In this document: positions 50,788 through 64,000 of the stretch, piece by piece
How positions within the stretch are numbered: position 1 is the first letter of the stretch
Layout of the letters: each line of letters begins with the position of its first letter
Assembly: GCA_000708835.1 (NCBI GenBank)
Contig: DF236981.1
Span: 1 to 64,000 of the forward strand
Length of the DNA: 64,000 nt
Origin: Klebsormidium nitens
Taxonomy: Eukaryota > Plantae > Klebsormidiophyceae
Direction of reading: 5' to 3'
Program-made: the position numbers and the translations under genes
The notes under the pieces: generated by a model
What the model was told of the DNA's origin: nothing
Database searches by the model: none
The model's input: the letters and a program-made list of their open reading frames with translations, nothing else

Positions 50788-52590
50788 CGGGCGGCCACTG
50801 ATACGGGAACCATCAGAAAGCTTTAATCGGTGCAGCCAATGAATGCGCGCTTAGGACGGTTTGAAAGTCATTGATCAGCTCAGAGGACCTCAGCACTGCT
50901 CGCCTAGACTCTTGCCCAGCTCTTTGTTTGCAGGCATAACTGAGTTAACCATCGTCAAGTCAGGCAAATCATACGTCGTTCGGTTGGCCGGCCATCTGGC
51001 AAGTGTGCCCTGCACAAATCAAGTCGGCCGTTTTGCCCTGTTTGGCTCACTGATTTCCTTCCGGTAAAGCATCGTAACATGTTAAAAATTCGCGGACTCC
51101 CTGATGCTGGCATGTGGGACTCATCATCGATCCGCTATCAAGAGTGGCTGTGTGGGTGGAGCTGCATGGCCTGCGCGGCAAACTGGTTCATGATGATTCT
51201 ATCTTTGAGTAGTAATCGACTAAGTCTAACACTGTAACTGTGGTCCCAGCTTGATGCTGCTGTGGCGCAGCGCACCATGAGCTCATCTTACAACGTGTAC
51301 AGACAGGCTCGTTCGTTCTTGCAAAAATCAGCGCAGCATCAGTATAGAATGCAGAAACCATATGCACGTGCGCACCGAGTGACCCGTGACCATGTACTGC
51401 ATATGCGCAGTATATCGTATGGCCGGTCACGGGTCGCTCGATCAGTGCGCGGGTGGCGAAAATAATAGTTTTTAGCTGAACGTACTGAACGTGACTGCAC
51501 ATGTGTATGAACGGATATACTTTCAAGATGGACGCGTCCGATCAGTAATAATTTTCTAGCTTGCATGTTATAAACACATGTTGATGCTTTGATCGAGAAC
51601 CAAGGCCCGGCCCTCAGTGCCAGCGCGCATGCGTACATACATAATAGGCTGGAGTCCATAGATATGTTTATAAATGCGAGTACGTAGCTGTCTGCTCGAC
51701 TCGCTGGACTGTACTCGTGCACTTGCCCATGCCTGCGCTTAAAGAGGGCTTCACAGGACCGGCCGGGCCAAGTTGTCGTCAACCGCGTACGCTGACTTTC
51801 AATCGTCCGACGATTTTGATCGCGTGACGTCGAAATCGAAAACCGGTGTGAGCCCCATCTGCGCGGCGTGCGGAAAAAGAAGAAAAATTGCTCCGGCCGA
51901 GTTTTGATCGCTCGCTTTCATCCGGTGAAAGTCGAGCGCACTTGCCAGTTGTGCTAGAAATTTCTGTGTGCCCCAATTAAGTTGGATACGAAATGCACCG
52001 GCCGGGCGGTATATGAAGTCTGACGCCCTCTTTAATTCATCTGAGACAATCACGCACAACTTGCATGATGCATTGGTGAATTCGACGCGTGCAGCTCTAC
52101 AACGCCAGCTTTTGAAAAGCTGCCAGACTGTTCATGTCCACATGGACTACGCTCGTCACCAGGTAGAGCCAGTCAAGAGGCCACTCAGTCAGTGCGTGGA
52201 GAGTGGATGATCGACATGCCTAGAACGTCAGTTTGTCTTTATAACAAGTCCAGTCCAGATGTCAGAAGCTCGTCTTATGCATTTCTGTGAGCCCAAAATC
52301 TTGCCTCCGCAAACCTGGACAAGAGCATGCTTTTGTACTTGCTCGCCACAAAGGTCGGTACGCCCTCAGGCAGAAAGTGCGCGAGCTTCTCTCACAGCCT
52401 TCTTCAACGCCCCTGCCTTTTTTGTCCGCACAAACACACTCTCGAGCCTCGCTCAACCCGTCAGGCTTATCGGCCATCAAAACCAGCACGGTTCACACAA
52501 CGCTACTTGGCGGGTCAATGTACAACGCGAACAAGCTGCGAACGTGGTACAAATCTAAAACACGCAACTATCAAAACCGCGGCAACCCGC

Positions 52591-55500
52591 TTATTCCCGG
52601 ATGTACGTCTTCTTTACGAGGAGCTCCGCAGGTACGCTATCGTTCTTCGCCCGGTTTTTGACTTCACTCGGGGGAGACGGCATTGGGCTGGTGGGGGGCT
52701 TGAGGTCGGGGTATTGCGTATAAGGGCTAAGCGGCCGGTTGGCATATGGCAAGTCCAGGGATGACGACCGCGGGAATGCGCCGTTGCCTTGGGAAGCCTC
52801 GGCGCCATCGTCTTCGCCGTCTTCGCCTCCTTCGCCGCCCTCCCACGGCCACTTGAACGCTTTTACTGCGGAACGGATGCCAAGTCAGAGTGCGCCCAGA
52901 AGCGAGGCCAGCAGACAGGGAACGACCTCACTCAGACTGTATGTTAATTCTCGTATGAGAGAAATCAGCAGACGAGTTCAATGTCATTTCAAGCGAGGAG
53001 TGGAGGCCATAACCAGCCAGAACGACGAAGTATTTGAAAGTGCTGGGAGCTATGTAGCGGAAACTGCACGGTGAGGTCCAGAACGATTCTTGACCCGACG
53101 TCCCGACGGCTGAACAAAATTGCAGGACACATCTTGCATACTTGGATCAAGAACCCCATGATGCAGCGACAAAGGCGTGATGCCCCGGTGTTGGCAGCTG
53201 ACCTGTCTCGGCTGCTTTCTCGACGGGCTCCGCAATGGGCGCGCCCTCCCACGGCCACTTGAATCCCTTCACGTCCTCCACCACTTCCTCCACCTGCACG
53301 CACACCCGCCCATCCGTGAATCGGCGGTCAAAATGATACCGCAGCCAAGCAGGACCGCTTTCTGGTTATCTCATAACCAGAAATACACGCGGCCAGCCTT
53401 TGGTGTCGCAAGAGTCTGACAGGAGGGAGAAGTACTGCAAGCTGTGCGAAGCATGCCCTTTTTAAAAGCCCCGCGGCGATTGAGCGATAATTAAGACATG
53501 CGAAGCATGTCCTTTTACCCCTCCCCTTAATTCTCGTACAAGAAACGTACTGGCACAGCGATGCCAGATCTCCACAGGCAAGGGACGGATGACGAGCCCC
53601 TTTTCGTGCAATTGCTCGTATCCGCCCCCTTCCGACCTGCCATTCGGTTGCCTCACCTTCTCCTGTGCCGCCTTGACCGGCTCGCTCTTCTGCACGTCCT
53701 TGGCAGTCGCAGTCACCTTGGAGGCGGCCTCCTTGGCAGGGGCCGGGGCAGCATCGACCGCCTTCTCGACAGCCTGCACAGCACACCGTGCCGTCAGCAA
53801 GAGGCTCGCTGTGCGACCGGCCTTTTGGAACACATGCTCGGGGAGCGCAGACGAACGGAGACGATAAATCAAGAGCTTCGAAGAGGTACACGGGAGTAGT
53901 CCCCGCAGTGGCAGACCGAATATATCTTTATAAGGTTCCAACAGGAGTATTTTTGCAGCTGACTTGCCGTGAAGGAAAGCCCGCAGACAGGGGACTGGTC
54001 CCTTGGCACTCCGACTTGGCAGAAATAGGTCAAAAGTAAGGCACACCCCCGCGCTCGTGGCTAGATTGTGACCCACCTTCGGCGCTTCCTTCTTGATATC
54101 GGCCACCACCTTGGGCGCCTCTTTCTTCACTTCCTCCACCACCTTTGGAGCCTCTTTCTTCACGTCCTCCACCACTTTAGGCGCTTCCTTCTTGACCGCT
54201 TCCACCACTTTCGGCGCTTCTTTCTTCGCTTCCTCGACCGCTTTCGGCGCTTCCTTCTTCACCGCTTCCACCGCTTTCGGCGCTTCCTTCTTCACGGCTT
54301 CCACCGCCTTCGGTGCCTCGCTCGTCGTTTTCTCTGCGGCTGCCTTGGCGGCCGCCTGTGCTGCCTCGAGGCCGCTCTTCCCCCCCGCCGGGATGGGCGT
54401 GGGTGACGTGGGCGGTTTCAGATCATCATACATTGTGTACGGGCTCAGGGGCGTCGGCGAGGGGGGGAGGTCCGTCGACTTCTTCGCCTCGGGGGCCGCC
54501 TGTTGCTCCTCTTCCTCCTCTTCGGGGGCTTGCTGCCAGGGCCATTTGAAGCCCCCCAGAGCGAACTTCGGTTTCGACTCCTCCTGCCGGGACTGGTCCT
54601 CGGCGACTGCACCAGAGATGACGCGCTGGCGTTCCTCCTCCTTGCGACGCTCCGCCTCCGCCTTGGCCTTGGCTTCTGCGCACACGGGAGGAGCACGCAA
54701 GGAGTCAGGACGTGACGAGGTCAAATTCAGGGCCTTCCATTGGTCCACTTGTCGTACCTGAACATCGAACTGTCGCGAGCCAATAGTAGAGCTCAAACCG
54801 AGATTCAAGAAGGCCGCGCAGATGCCGTCGATTTCTGTTATGGTATTCGCGACTCACGTCTGTTTGAAAACCCACTGGCTCCAGAAATTCAGGAGCAGTG
54901 CAAACCCGATTCAGATCCAAAACTGTGCCACTTCACATGGCATGTGAGTAGAACACGTCAAAGAAACCGCTTTTAGAGTCAGTTAAAAGAGGGCCCAGCA
55001 AAGCTCCGTATTCATTCTCCCTTTTTCCATCAAAGCGCTCTGCCGACGGACCCGGTTATGCAAGGCCTTCATCGCGCTCAATACAAACCGTCGTCCGGAA
55101 TAAATCCACTCACGCCCGACGCTGCAGGTCTCGTTTCGCCGCTCCTCACCTATTTCCTTCTTCTTGGCTTCCACGTCCGCCTTCTTCTTCTCCTCCTCCT
55201 TCTTTTTCCCCTCCTCCTTCTTCTTCTGATCCGCCTCCGCTCGCTGCTGTGCCAACACACGCGCTTCCTCCTCTTGCTTCTTCCGCTCGGCTTCCTTTGC
55301 CGCCGCCTTCTTTGCCTCCTCTGCGTCCCTCTCCGCCTTCGCTTGCGCCTCCTTCTTCTTCTCCTCTTCTGCTTTCTTCGCCTCTGCGTCCCTCTCCGCC
55401 TTCGCCTGCGCCTCTTTCTTCTTCGCCTCTGCCGCCTCTGCTGCCTCTTGCTCTTTCCGCTTCGCTTCTGCGGCCTTCTTAGCATCCGCAGCCTTCTTTT

Positions 55501-58500
55501 CTTCCGCGTCACGCTGCTTCGCGGCAGCAGCGTCGGCCTTCTCCTTAGCCTGCACCAAGACGAAGATCAGTACATCAAGATTCATGTTACGCCGAGATGT
55601 CGCTGTATTGGCCCTACGAATCGTTTTCTTTGACGGAGTACTGGTATTATCCAAATCAAGGAACGCGACAGTCTGGTCTCTGAAAGATGGGTGAGGGGAA
55701 GTGCGCCTTTGAACGAGAACAGTGAACAAAGAGTGTCGATCGACATTGACAAGAAGTCCGCAGACCTCATTTTGACTGAGAACTCCACAGATCCAACAGA
55801 CGCTATGACATGCCCGAGTGTGCATGATCTCAAACAGGCACTTTGATGTATCTTGGCAAGACCAATCCTCCGTTATGCATGAGGAAGGATCGTCACCATT
55901 TTTGTGCGCGCCGACACTGCTCCGAAAGGCCTGAGCACACTTCCCCACAGCTCTAACAATCCTTTGGCTCTCTACTCTTTTGCATGACGACCGCATCGCA
56001 TCAGCTGCGCTATGCACCCGGGTGTGCACGCGTCCATTCATACGAAGTGACCATCATCTCGACCACTTGCTGATGCGACCTACCGGTCGTAAATCGTCAA
56101 AAGAGCTGCACAAAAGGCGTCTCCCTTTAGTAATACAACTACCATTTCACTTCAAACCTCATCAGCCTCCCACAACCCCATCACCGGCAGACTCGTACCT
56201 GCGCAGCCTTCTCCTTCTCGGCCTCGTCCTTTAGCTTTTGCTCCGCCTTCTCACGCGCATCCTCTGCTGCCTCCTGCTTCTTCTTGGCGGCAGCCGCCTT
56301 GGCCTTGGCCGCGTCTGCCGTGCGCTTGGTCTCGCGGTCAATCGACACTGGGGCCGGACGGCTCTCTTCGCGAACCTCCGCAAGCACCTCGGCGCGCTCC
56401 CTGGCACCGAATCTGCAAGGGAAGCGGTGGGCAAAATTGGACTCCTGATCGTTACAACTGGCAGACCATCAGTAGTGAAGAAGCTCCAGCCAAGGGATCG
56501 ATGCGAGTTCATTCATATGGCTCCGTCGAGCGAATGCCTACTAATCAGGTCATCGCCGCAATTTAAGAATGCCTGGGGCATTGTACCTATCATTTCCCGG
56601 CCGTCCAACCGCGTGGTCACCAACTTTCGAGCATTCCGGATCGACGATCACTCCCAAAACCGGGAAATTCGGAGCAGACCTTCGTGCAACTGAAGAGAGG
56701 CTAAATTATGCAAAGTTGAAAAACTCTGAAATACTCAACCAATAGGACATAAACATAGTACGACAGAACAGGGCAATCTACCTGATTTGCGACTCATATT
56801 GGCGTGCGTTGATGAGCCACCTGTTTCTCATACGGGATGCCAAGAGAGAACCACGACCGGATGGACGTCTAAGAGCTCGAGTTCCGAATGTAAGCATTCC
56901 AACTGAATTAAGGACAAGACCTAGCACACGTCAGCTCACGTCTCTCCCCGCCTGGCGGCCTGGAGCGCTGCCTTCTCAACAGCCCGCGCCTCCTTGGCTG
57001 CCTGCGCTGCCTCCTGCAACTGCGCCAGAAGCTGCTCCGCCTGCGCCTGTGCCTGGGCGGCTTCACGCTCCGCTGCTGCCGCCTCGCGCTTCGCCTCCGC
57101 CTCCTCGGCGCGCAGAGCCTGGACAAGCAAGTTCGTCGGTCAGGTGCTTACAGGTCGATTGCCACGTTCGAGACAAGCCCTTTAGAGATTTGGCATTGTC
57201 CTATAGGTGTGTAACACCCCTTTTGGAGCTTCTGATTCGTCTAATCGCGCCTCAAAGGCCTTGACACGAACATTCGGTTGCCCGGCTTCGATCAGGGCTA
57301 ACCACTGCAGACTGCCTCCCTGAGTAAGAATCCAGGCATTCCGAAGTTCAATTCACGCGTGCTCTGCCAAGCAAAAATTGCGGCGATCTGCCTGGTCAAC
57401 TCAGGAAGTAAGATCTGTGTGGCGGTGTGAATGGCACCTTAAAACAGAGTGTGCGACCGTCGGTTATCTTTGCCCTATCAAAACCAGGATTGGGCTCCGC
57501 ATTTCTTCGCGCCCAATGCTGACATAAGTAGACAAGATCACTAGTATATATAGGCTCTTGAAGCATCCTCGCCCATCGACAGAATATCGCCGACTTCAGG
57601 GTCTGCCGGAAGAACATGCACTTCTGCCATTACCCAGACTCCTTTTCCGTTTCGTTGGGACCCCCCCCTCCCCTTACCTGCAGCTCTGCGGCCACTTCGG
57701 CCCTCCTCTCCGCTGCTATGCGCTGGCGCTCCCTCTCCTCTTCCGCCTCTCTTCTTTGCCGCTCGCGTTCGGCGGCCTCCTCAGCCGCCCGGGCCTCTGA
57801 ACACCAGCCACATAAAGTGTGAGCTGAGATCTAGCCTTGCCAATGCGACTGGAAAATCATTTGGTGAGGCACAGATTGTATTCTCGTGTCCCCGTGTGAA
57901 TGCACTCACCTCGCTGGAGAGCTTTGGCCCATGTTCACAACCCTCAAATCTCCACCGTCCACCTCTTTTCACAGAGAAGAAACTCTTAGCTTCTTTGTAG
58001 TGCAAAACTTTCAACATCGACCCATAGCACAACTCACTATCCCGGTTCCCCATTCCTATCGAAGCCTTTCGACGGCCTTGAATACGTCCACCTCAACCCC
58101 AGGTCCTTTTCTCAGCACAGTCCCCTGACCTCCTGATTCTAAACTTCTAAGTTGTCCCCTATCCCTGCTGCTTACCTGCGTCGCGCCGCTCCTGCTCCCG
58201 CCTGGCCTCCTCCTCTTCCTCCTGGCGCTGCTTCTCGACACGCTCCGCCTGCGTGAGCCCCGTGACGGGCAGTGCCGCCAGCTGCTCCTCCAGGGATACC
58301 AAGGGGGCGTCCGTCTCCGCCACCACCTCGACAATCTTGTTTTCGGACACTGACGGGTTGGACAGGATCGCACCGATCACCTCCGCAACCTGGCGCACAC
58401 AGGTTGGAGTGAGGTCAGGGGTCTTCCTCGTTGGGCACTGCTTGCAGGAAACCAGGATCCTGAGCGTGCAAGCTTTACGACTTGTGTTGGGAGAGACTGC

Positions 58501-61500
58501 GACTTGCATGTTATTCACAACCGACCACTTAATCTGTCCCCGCTCAAACAAAGCGTCCATGCACTAACCAGGGAACCAGGAATCTGTGGATTGAACGGGC
58601 AGCCAGCATCGACAAGGTGTATTGCACAAGTTGGGTTGTACGATCATTGCAGAGAAAGTTGCAAATCTCTGTAACAATGCACAGAACCCTGATCCCCTTG
58701 CCACCACGACAATTCACGGGCAGCCCGCCACATTGCCCGTACCTGCAACTGCGAGACTTGGCCCCCAAACTCGGTGTTGGCTGCCGCCAGGCGCACGTTG
58801 TGGGTCTTCTTGTAGTCGTCGGTGGGGCGCTCCATGCCACCGGGGCGCACAATCTGCAGATGATGAGCGGAGAAGGACATGAGTCAGCAAAGGGTGGCAT
58901 TTCCATCCGTAAGACCATTTCTCCAACAAGCTTTCTTGATTCTGTATGGTGTGCCAGTCACGAAGTCATACAGGGATGGAGTGCAAAGCCGTGATGATTT
59001 GATACTTCAGATGGTTCCTTGAAGAGCTTTGTGCTTTTCACTTATGGACTCCCATGTTTGGCAATGCCGTGCTTTGCCAGCCTTGGCTGTGATTTGTCAG
59101 TGACAACCTGATTGATTGCTCTGCATCAAGACAAGTGCAGGGAACATTGTGAATACCTGCATCACCAATTGCTGTTTCACTGAGCCCAGTGGTCCTCACC
59201 GTGAAAGCCATCCCGCTGTTCTCCAGCTCAATCTCGGCCTGCCTCTTCCAGACCAGCACGCCCCAGAACAAGCTGCAAACATAGCCCGACAATAAGACAA
59301 TCAGGCCGGACCAGGCCCTTGCAGGCAAAAGCATGCGGGGTAAGGTGAACTCCAATGCCAAAGCCCCCGGCTAAATTGGTTGTTTCATTACTACCTCTGG
59401 ACAAGGTGGCCGACGAGTCGATGGGTTGGATCAAAAGACCAATAGACGCAGCAATATATGGAGGTGGCTTCTGAGGGACTGTACACAACGCAAACCTTCG
59501 ACCAAGGCGTTCATTGCGCACATCATCAGAGAGACTGGTTGGACGCCTCCACCAGGATAAAACTTCGTCGGGGAAACCGACTCACTTGAGAAGTGCTGCT
59601 GGGAATCCAACCTTGCCGGCCCCGATGGATGACACCATTACAAACTGCGCCACATTGGCCTCCACCGCTGCACACAATGAGATATCAGTTTCAGGTAATA
59701 GTAGGTCAAGCAACTTGCTCACTTCCTTGCCAGGGCAACATTCTACAAGTGGAGTCTGACCACACCGAACTGGCAATCCCCGAGCGGTTTTGATCTGAAA
59801 TAAGCCTCAACAACCATGTCAGGACACAGCAGCACATGCCGCCCAGATTGTGTGACGCCTTTCAGCATCTAGGGTCTTTCCAGGAATCTTGTACAACAGC
59901 TCTCCGTTGCGTCCACCGAACCGTCGTCTAACTTTACCCAGATCCCGACTGCTCGGATGTGGACTTCTTCTGATCACCACTCCTTTATGCACGCTAATGG
60001 CCGCATTCTTGAACACGGTTGACGCCAACGCCCCTCTCTCTCCCACCTGCTCTAATGAGGGCCTTGGCCCCCTCCCCGTCCACTCGGTACGGCCCCTTGA
60101 CATCCCCCGCCGCGCTTTCTCCTGCCCCAATGGCTGCCACAACCTTGCTTGCATTCCCAATGGCGCGTGGGATCGTCTCGGGGTTGTCCAAATCATACTC
60201 GACCACGTCAATCAACCGCGCCTGCTGCGGCGACACCAGAGCGTACTGGGTCGCAAATGCGAGGGCTTCCTGTGCCTTCTGCACGTTGCGCACACCGGCG
60301 CGCACCTTGAAACCAAGGGCGCTCAGCTCCCTGAAACAAAGAAGCAATGATACTTTCAGAACAGAAGGTACGCATTGACGCATACATCGGCGTCAGAAAC
60401 TGACCATAATCTGAAGTCAGGCTGAGCGCCACCGGGGTGCAAACAAGGAATCCTGCAGCAATCAGGCCAACTGTGCCTATATGCCAAGAGCATGGATCAT
60501 GCTTTAATATCCCTCTTGATCACTACACTACTGTCTTAGCGTGAAGGCAGCTCTCGACTTCTTTTCTGCAGCTTCATAAACGTTTTGCATGCACCACACA
60601 TTATACAGCAATCCTGAAATATGAAACCTAAAGCAAACCCCACATGTCCCCACCTGACTGTACGAATCCCGACTTTCCCAGTGGCTCCCGCGACAAACAC
60701 GGTGTTCGGGTCGCTGCGCTGCTGCCTTGCCGTGCCGGGCAGCTGGAAACCCTGGGGCACCTTAGCGGCGGCCTTTTGAAAGATGGATCCCGACTTGAGC
60801 GCCGGCTTGGCTGATTCCGCAGTGTCAGCCACCTTCCTCTTGACGGTGCCTGGCAGCTTGAAGAAGCCTGTGCATGATGCCAACAAAGTCACCTTGTATT
60901 CTGGACTTGCTCAGGTTTTGAGATCGATGGGCACGCTGGGATTGCGTCACAGTCTGTGTTGGTTGACAGATACTCACTGGAAAAGGTTGCAAATATGTTT
61001 GCGGAGTATTCAGAAGGTTGCAGAAGCTTGTCCACTTTCCAGCCATGCAAAAATGACACAATGTGGGCACCGCGCTAGTTTGGTTGTATGATTGAGCTTC
61101 CGTTTAACAGCATCCCATGTGCTTTCTTCTTGTAAAACCAGCGGGCTTGTGGGGGCCCTCAAGCAGCCCCTTTAAGCTTCTACTTGTGAACGCGGCTCAT
61201 CATTGGCCACTTCACATGCAAAAGGCATGCAATGCATGTCTCATCAACACAGCTTCCAAGAGATCATCTGAGCTGGCCCTGACTTTAGCAGCTATTTTAG
61301 GTATCGCCGTTCAGGTGCCAAAATTCAAATTTTTTACATGGTCTCAAACAGCAAGGGTAATGCACCCCCCACCCTTGCCAGAGCAAGTGGGATCTAAAGC
61401 AGCCCATGGCAATGTACCCCTGGACCTTTTTAAAAAGTATCAGACTGTCTTCAAGGACCACCTGGAACATTCTGAAAGACAACATGAGCTCACAGAAAGA

Positions 61501-61872
61501 AAACAGTTAGCTTGGTCGACAGCTCCAAGATCTTCCGTCAAATGTGCCGGCACAAAGCCCGTCTCATTCAATGCAAGCAGGGGTGATGCGGGTATTGTTC
61601 TTGCAAAGGTGGAATCTGTTCAGCTTCCCTAAGCAGATCCTTATTTTTGCACCTATGGGCCCATCCCTCAACAGGAAGAATCTCTACAGCCTCATTGTGC
61701 ACATACCTGTTCCTTTTGCCTTCACCCTGGCATGTTGCGGCCTGCATTGCCCTGTCAACTGCACGGGGCACACCTGCGCCCCCAGAAAGCTGGAAGATGA
61801 CAGCGCACATGCTGACCCCTGGAACGACGAGGCCAGCAAACTGCCCGAAGAAACAGAGGTCGCCGACATCAT
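52591..61872 (-). CDS. TIC62: Chloroplast TIC62-like NAD(P)-binding Rossmann protein with a long coiled-coil/repeat C-terminus and FNR-binding motifs, ~15 exons
   Basis: Ser-rich transit-peptide-like exon 61872-61707; VFVAGATGKVGIRTVREL; VMVSSIGAGKVGFPAALLNLFWGVLVWKRQAE; IVRPGGMERPTDDYKKTHN..FGGQVSQLQVAE..NKIVEVVAETDAP. The C-terminus has PLSPYTMYDDLKPPTSPTP and RPLSPYTQYPDLKPPTSPMPSPP; the last exon is missed by the ORF track. Confidence 0.9.
54077..54320 (-). repeat. Coding 33-bp (11-aa) tandem repeat, ~7.4 copies, EAPK(A/V)VE(A/E/D)VKK
   Basis: Direct translation: EAPKAVEAVKK EAPKAVEAVKK EAPKAVEEAKK EAPKVVEAVKK EAPKVVEDVKK EAPKVVEEVKK EAPKVVADIKK EAPK. Confidence 0.95.
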
Positions 61873-62385
61873 TGCGGCCTCAGCAATGCTCTTCTGAATG
61901 CAGAATGTTGTCTCCTGCTCGCTCCTCTGCAGGAACGCAAGGCCCCCACGTCAGCAGGTACAGGAGACCCGCACAATCCTGACCAAATGCTGAGAGAAGA
62001 AAGAGACAACTTGGAGGAAAGCAGCACGAGGGGCCAGGGCGTCAGGCAGAACATGAACTCACGTTCTTCTTTCTGGCTCTAAATGCAGCTGAATTCTGAG
62101 TGGATAAACTGGGATCCCCAGCTCCACGATGGACGCTCACGATTGGTCGAGATGAGGAAAAAGGATTCCAAGTCCCGGCTGGCCTACTTCGGAGGCAGCC
62201 ACGTGGCAAACAACCTTTGCTTGAGAATCGGTACTTCACGGAGGAGAGGAAGCAACGAAGCATGCATCGATCACAGGGTTCAGCACACGTTGATTGCACA
62301 ATGTCGTGTTGCAGTGGCGTGCTTCTCGCCTCATGAGCGTTCACAGAAGGCAGCTCGCTGCTGAGATTGCATTGGATACACCTTC

Positions 62386-63300
62386 TTAGGACTTGTACAG
62401 GTAGCTCGGGGCGTCGTCGTCTTTCTCCAAAAGAAGCATTCTGGTCGATTGCCCTTCGTTCGGCCTTTGACCATCAGCCAAACGACATGCATTGAGAACC
62501 AACTCTTGGAAACGTCCAGAATCCTTTGAAATCATCTGAAAGTATGGCGTGCTCCTCAGCAATACAGGCTTTGAACTGCACCAATCCAGTGGCCACAACA
62601 CAGAAGCTAGAGACACCTAACTTCCATATGCAAGTTGCCCCACTCAGCATTTCATCGATCTTAGGGGCCAGCCCCTGTCTGCAGACCTGGTCTCACTTCC
62701 CTGCACGCATTGACAGCCTACTCCTGAGTGTGTGGCCCTCCTCTAAAACGGGCCCAGATTGCACAAGAGGAAGGCGCCACAGTAGAGTGCGCACACGAGT
62801 CTGTAGTCAAGGTGAAATTTTCAACCGAGGTGCAAGCGAGGAAGGATCAAATACAAGGTGAACCGCGCTCTCTCAACATCTGCCAAGCGGTTGCCTATGT
62901 CTGTGAGCTAGTGACGACTTCTTTTGGGAGGTGGGGCTAAAGAAATGGCTGAAGAACTGCGCCACATTTAGTTGCACTACCTACCACCACCACCCCCACA
63001 AAAAATCAATATCAGCGTCTGTCTGAAGATAAGAGGAAGTTGTGCCTTTTCAATACCACTGGAGAAGTGGACCGTCCACAGTTTTGACTCTCAACATCAC
63101 GGCGTTTGAGAGACCCACCATCTAATTGTCGTGACCAGATCTTTAATTTTGTGACGCTTGAAGCGGATCAGACACACCCATTGAAACTTCCGTCTGCCTT
63201 GCCGCAGCAGCCAACCGTCCACCTCAGGACGTTCATCTAATGACGATCCCCCAACCATAACACGGCGGTCCGCCATTTTTCTGGCAGCAACGCCCTCCAT
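62386..63300 (-). other. Possible 3' exons or decayed coding remnants of an unidentified gene
   Basis: Exon-like frame ending ...RMLLLEKDDDAPSYLYKS* after a CAG acceptor; protein-like frame near 62880-62680 with two stops; 63300-63097 ORF (DGWLLRQGRRKFQW). No consistent gene model. Confidence 0.2.
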
Positions 63301-64000
63301 GCTTGTGGCACTGCCAGGTGAAGCTTTTTTATTGCTTTTCCAAATCCTGGGGGCGACAGCTGTCGCCTTTAGTGTTGGGGTTGTTATAAAGCAAAATTGT
63401 TGAGTGCTGGTTGAACCCTGACTTTGAGAGTGCTTTTCAATTCTTTGGGAATATTATTGCGTCTTTATTCTTTCCATTTGCTTTGATTGAACTTGTCGAG
63501 ATACTTATCCTGATTGATCTGAATGATTGCAGATGAAAACGCCACAGAAAGAGAGGCACAGAAAATCCAATAACGATGCCCTTTTTTGGTCTGCAGCACA
63601 CGCATACCGGGATACAGATGTCACTCTAGAGCAAGTGACGCCCCCCATCACACCCGCGGGAAAGCTCCCGCCATCTGAGGTGTGTCCTTGATGTGCACCA
63701 ATAAAACTCAGCATTGTAATATGTGGTCGGATTGGTGCGGCAAAGTAGGGAGCCCTCAGTCAGCATGATGTTGATAATTGTCCACACTGTTGTCTTTGAT
63801 CTGAACATGGCCCTTATTTCGTCCTACCGACTGTCTCAAAGGGATCAAGAGCTTTCACTCCAGTGCATGCTTCAGACACTCACGAGCTTAGCCCTCGATG
63901 TTGACCCCTTTGCTTTTTCCTTTCTGTCGTCCAGGAGGCCACTGTACAGTTGTTTGAGCGCAGCACCTACTCGGTGGCCAATATATTCGACGTGACACTG

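Overview
Eukaryotic, intron-rich nuclear DNA with GC-rich exons and GT-AG introns. The gene content is plant-type; a streptophyte alga such as Klebsormidium is my inference. From 13.5 to 62 kb there are six spliced genes that I reconstructed from splice phases: a FUSC/AaeB-like transporter (+, contains an assembly gap), full-size ABCA1 (-), VPS36 (+), RPL27a/uL15 (-), an extended SGF11 (+) and TIC62 (-). The first ~13 kb is an accessory-looking island. It holds three decayed spliced orphan genes, an intact intronless F-box/LRR gene, a tandemly duplicated ~0.6 kb non-coding unit with box C/D-like K-turn hairpins, and a frameshift-hidden RNase III + dsRBD gene with a Mini-III-like active site. 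The two best leads are (i) the RNase III gene with its adjacent structured repeat and (ii) a TIC62 carrying two near-canonical FNR-binding motifs, three FKWPW motifs and LEA-like 11-mers, in what looks like an algal genome. No database searches were possible, so all family calls rest on motif recognition.
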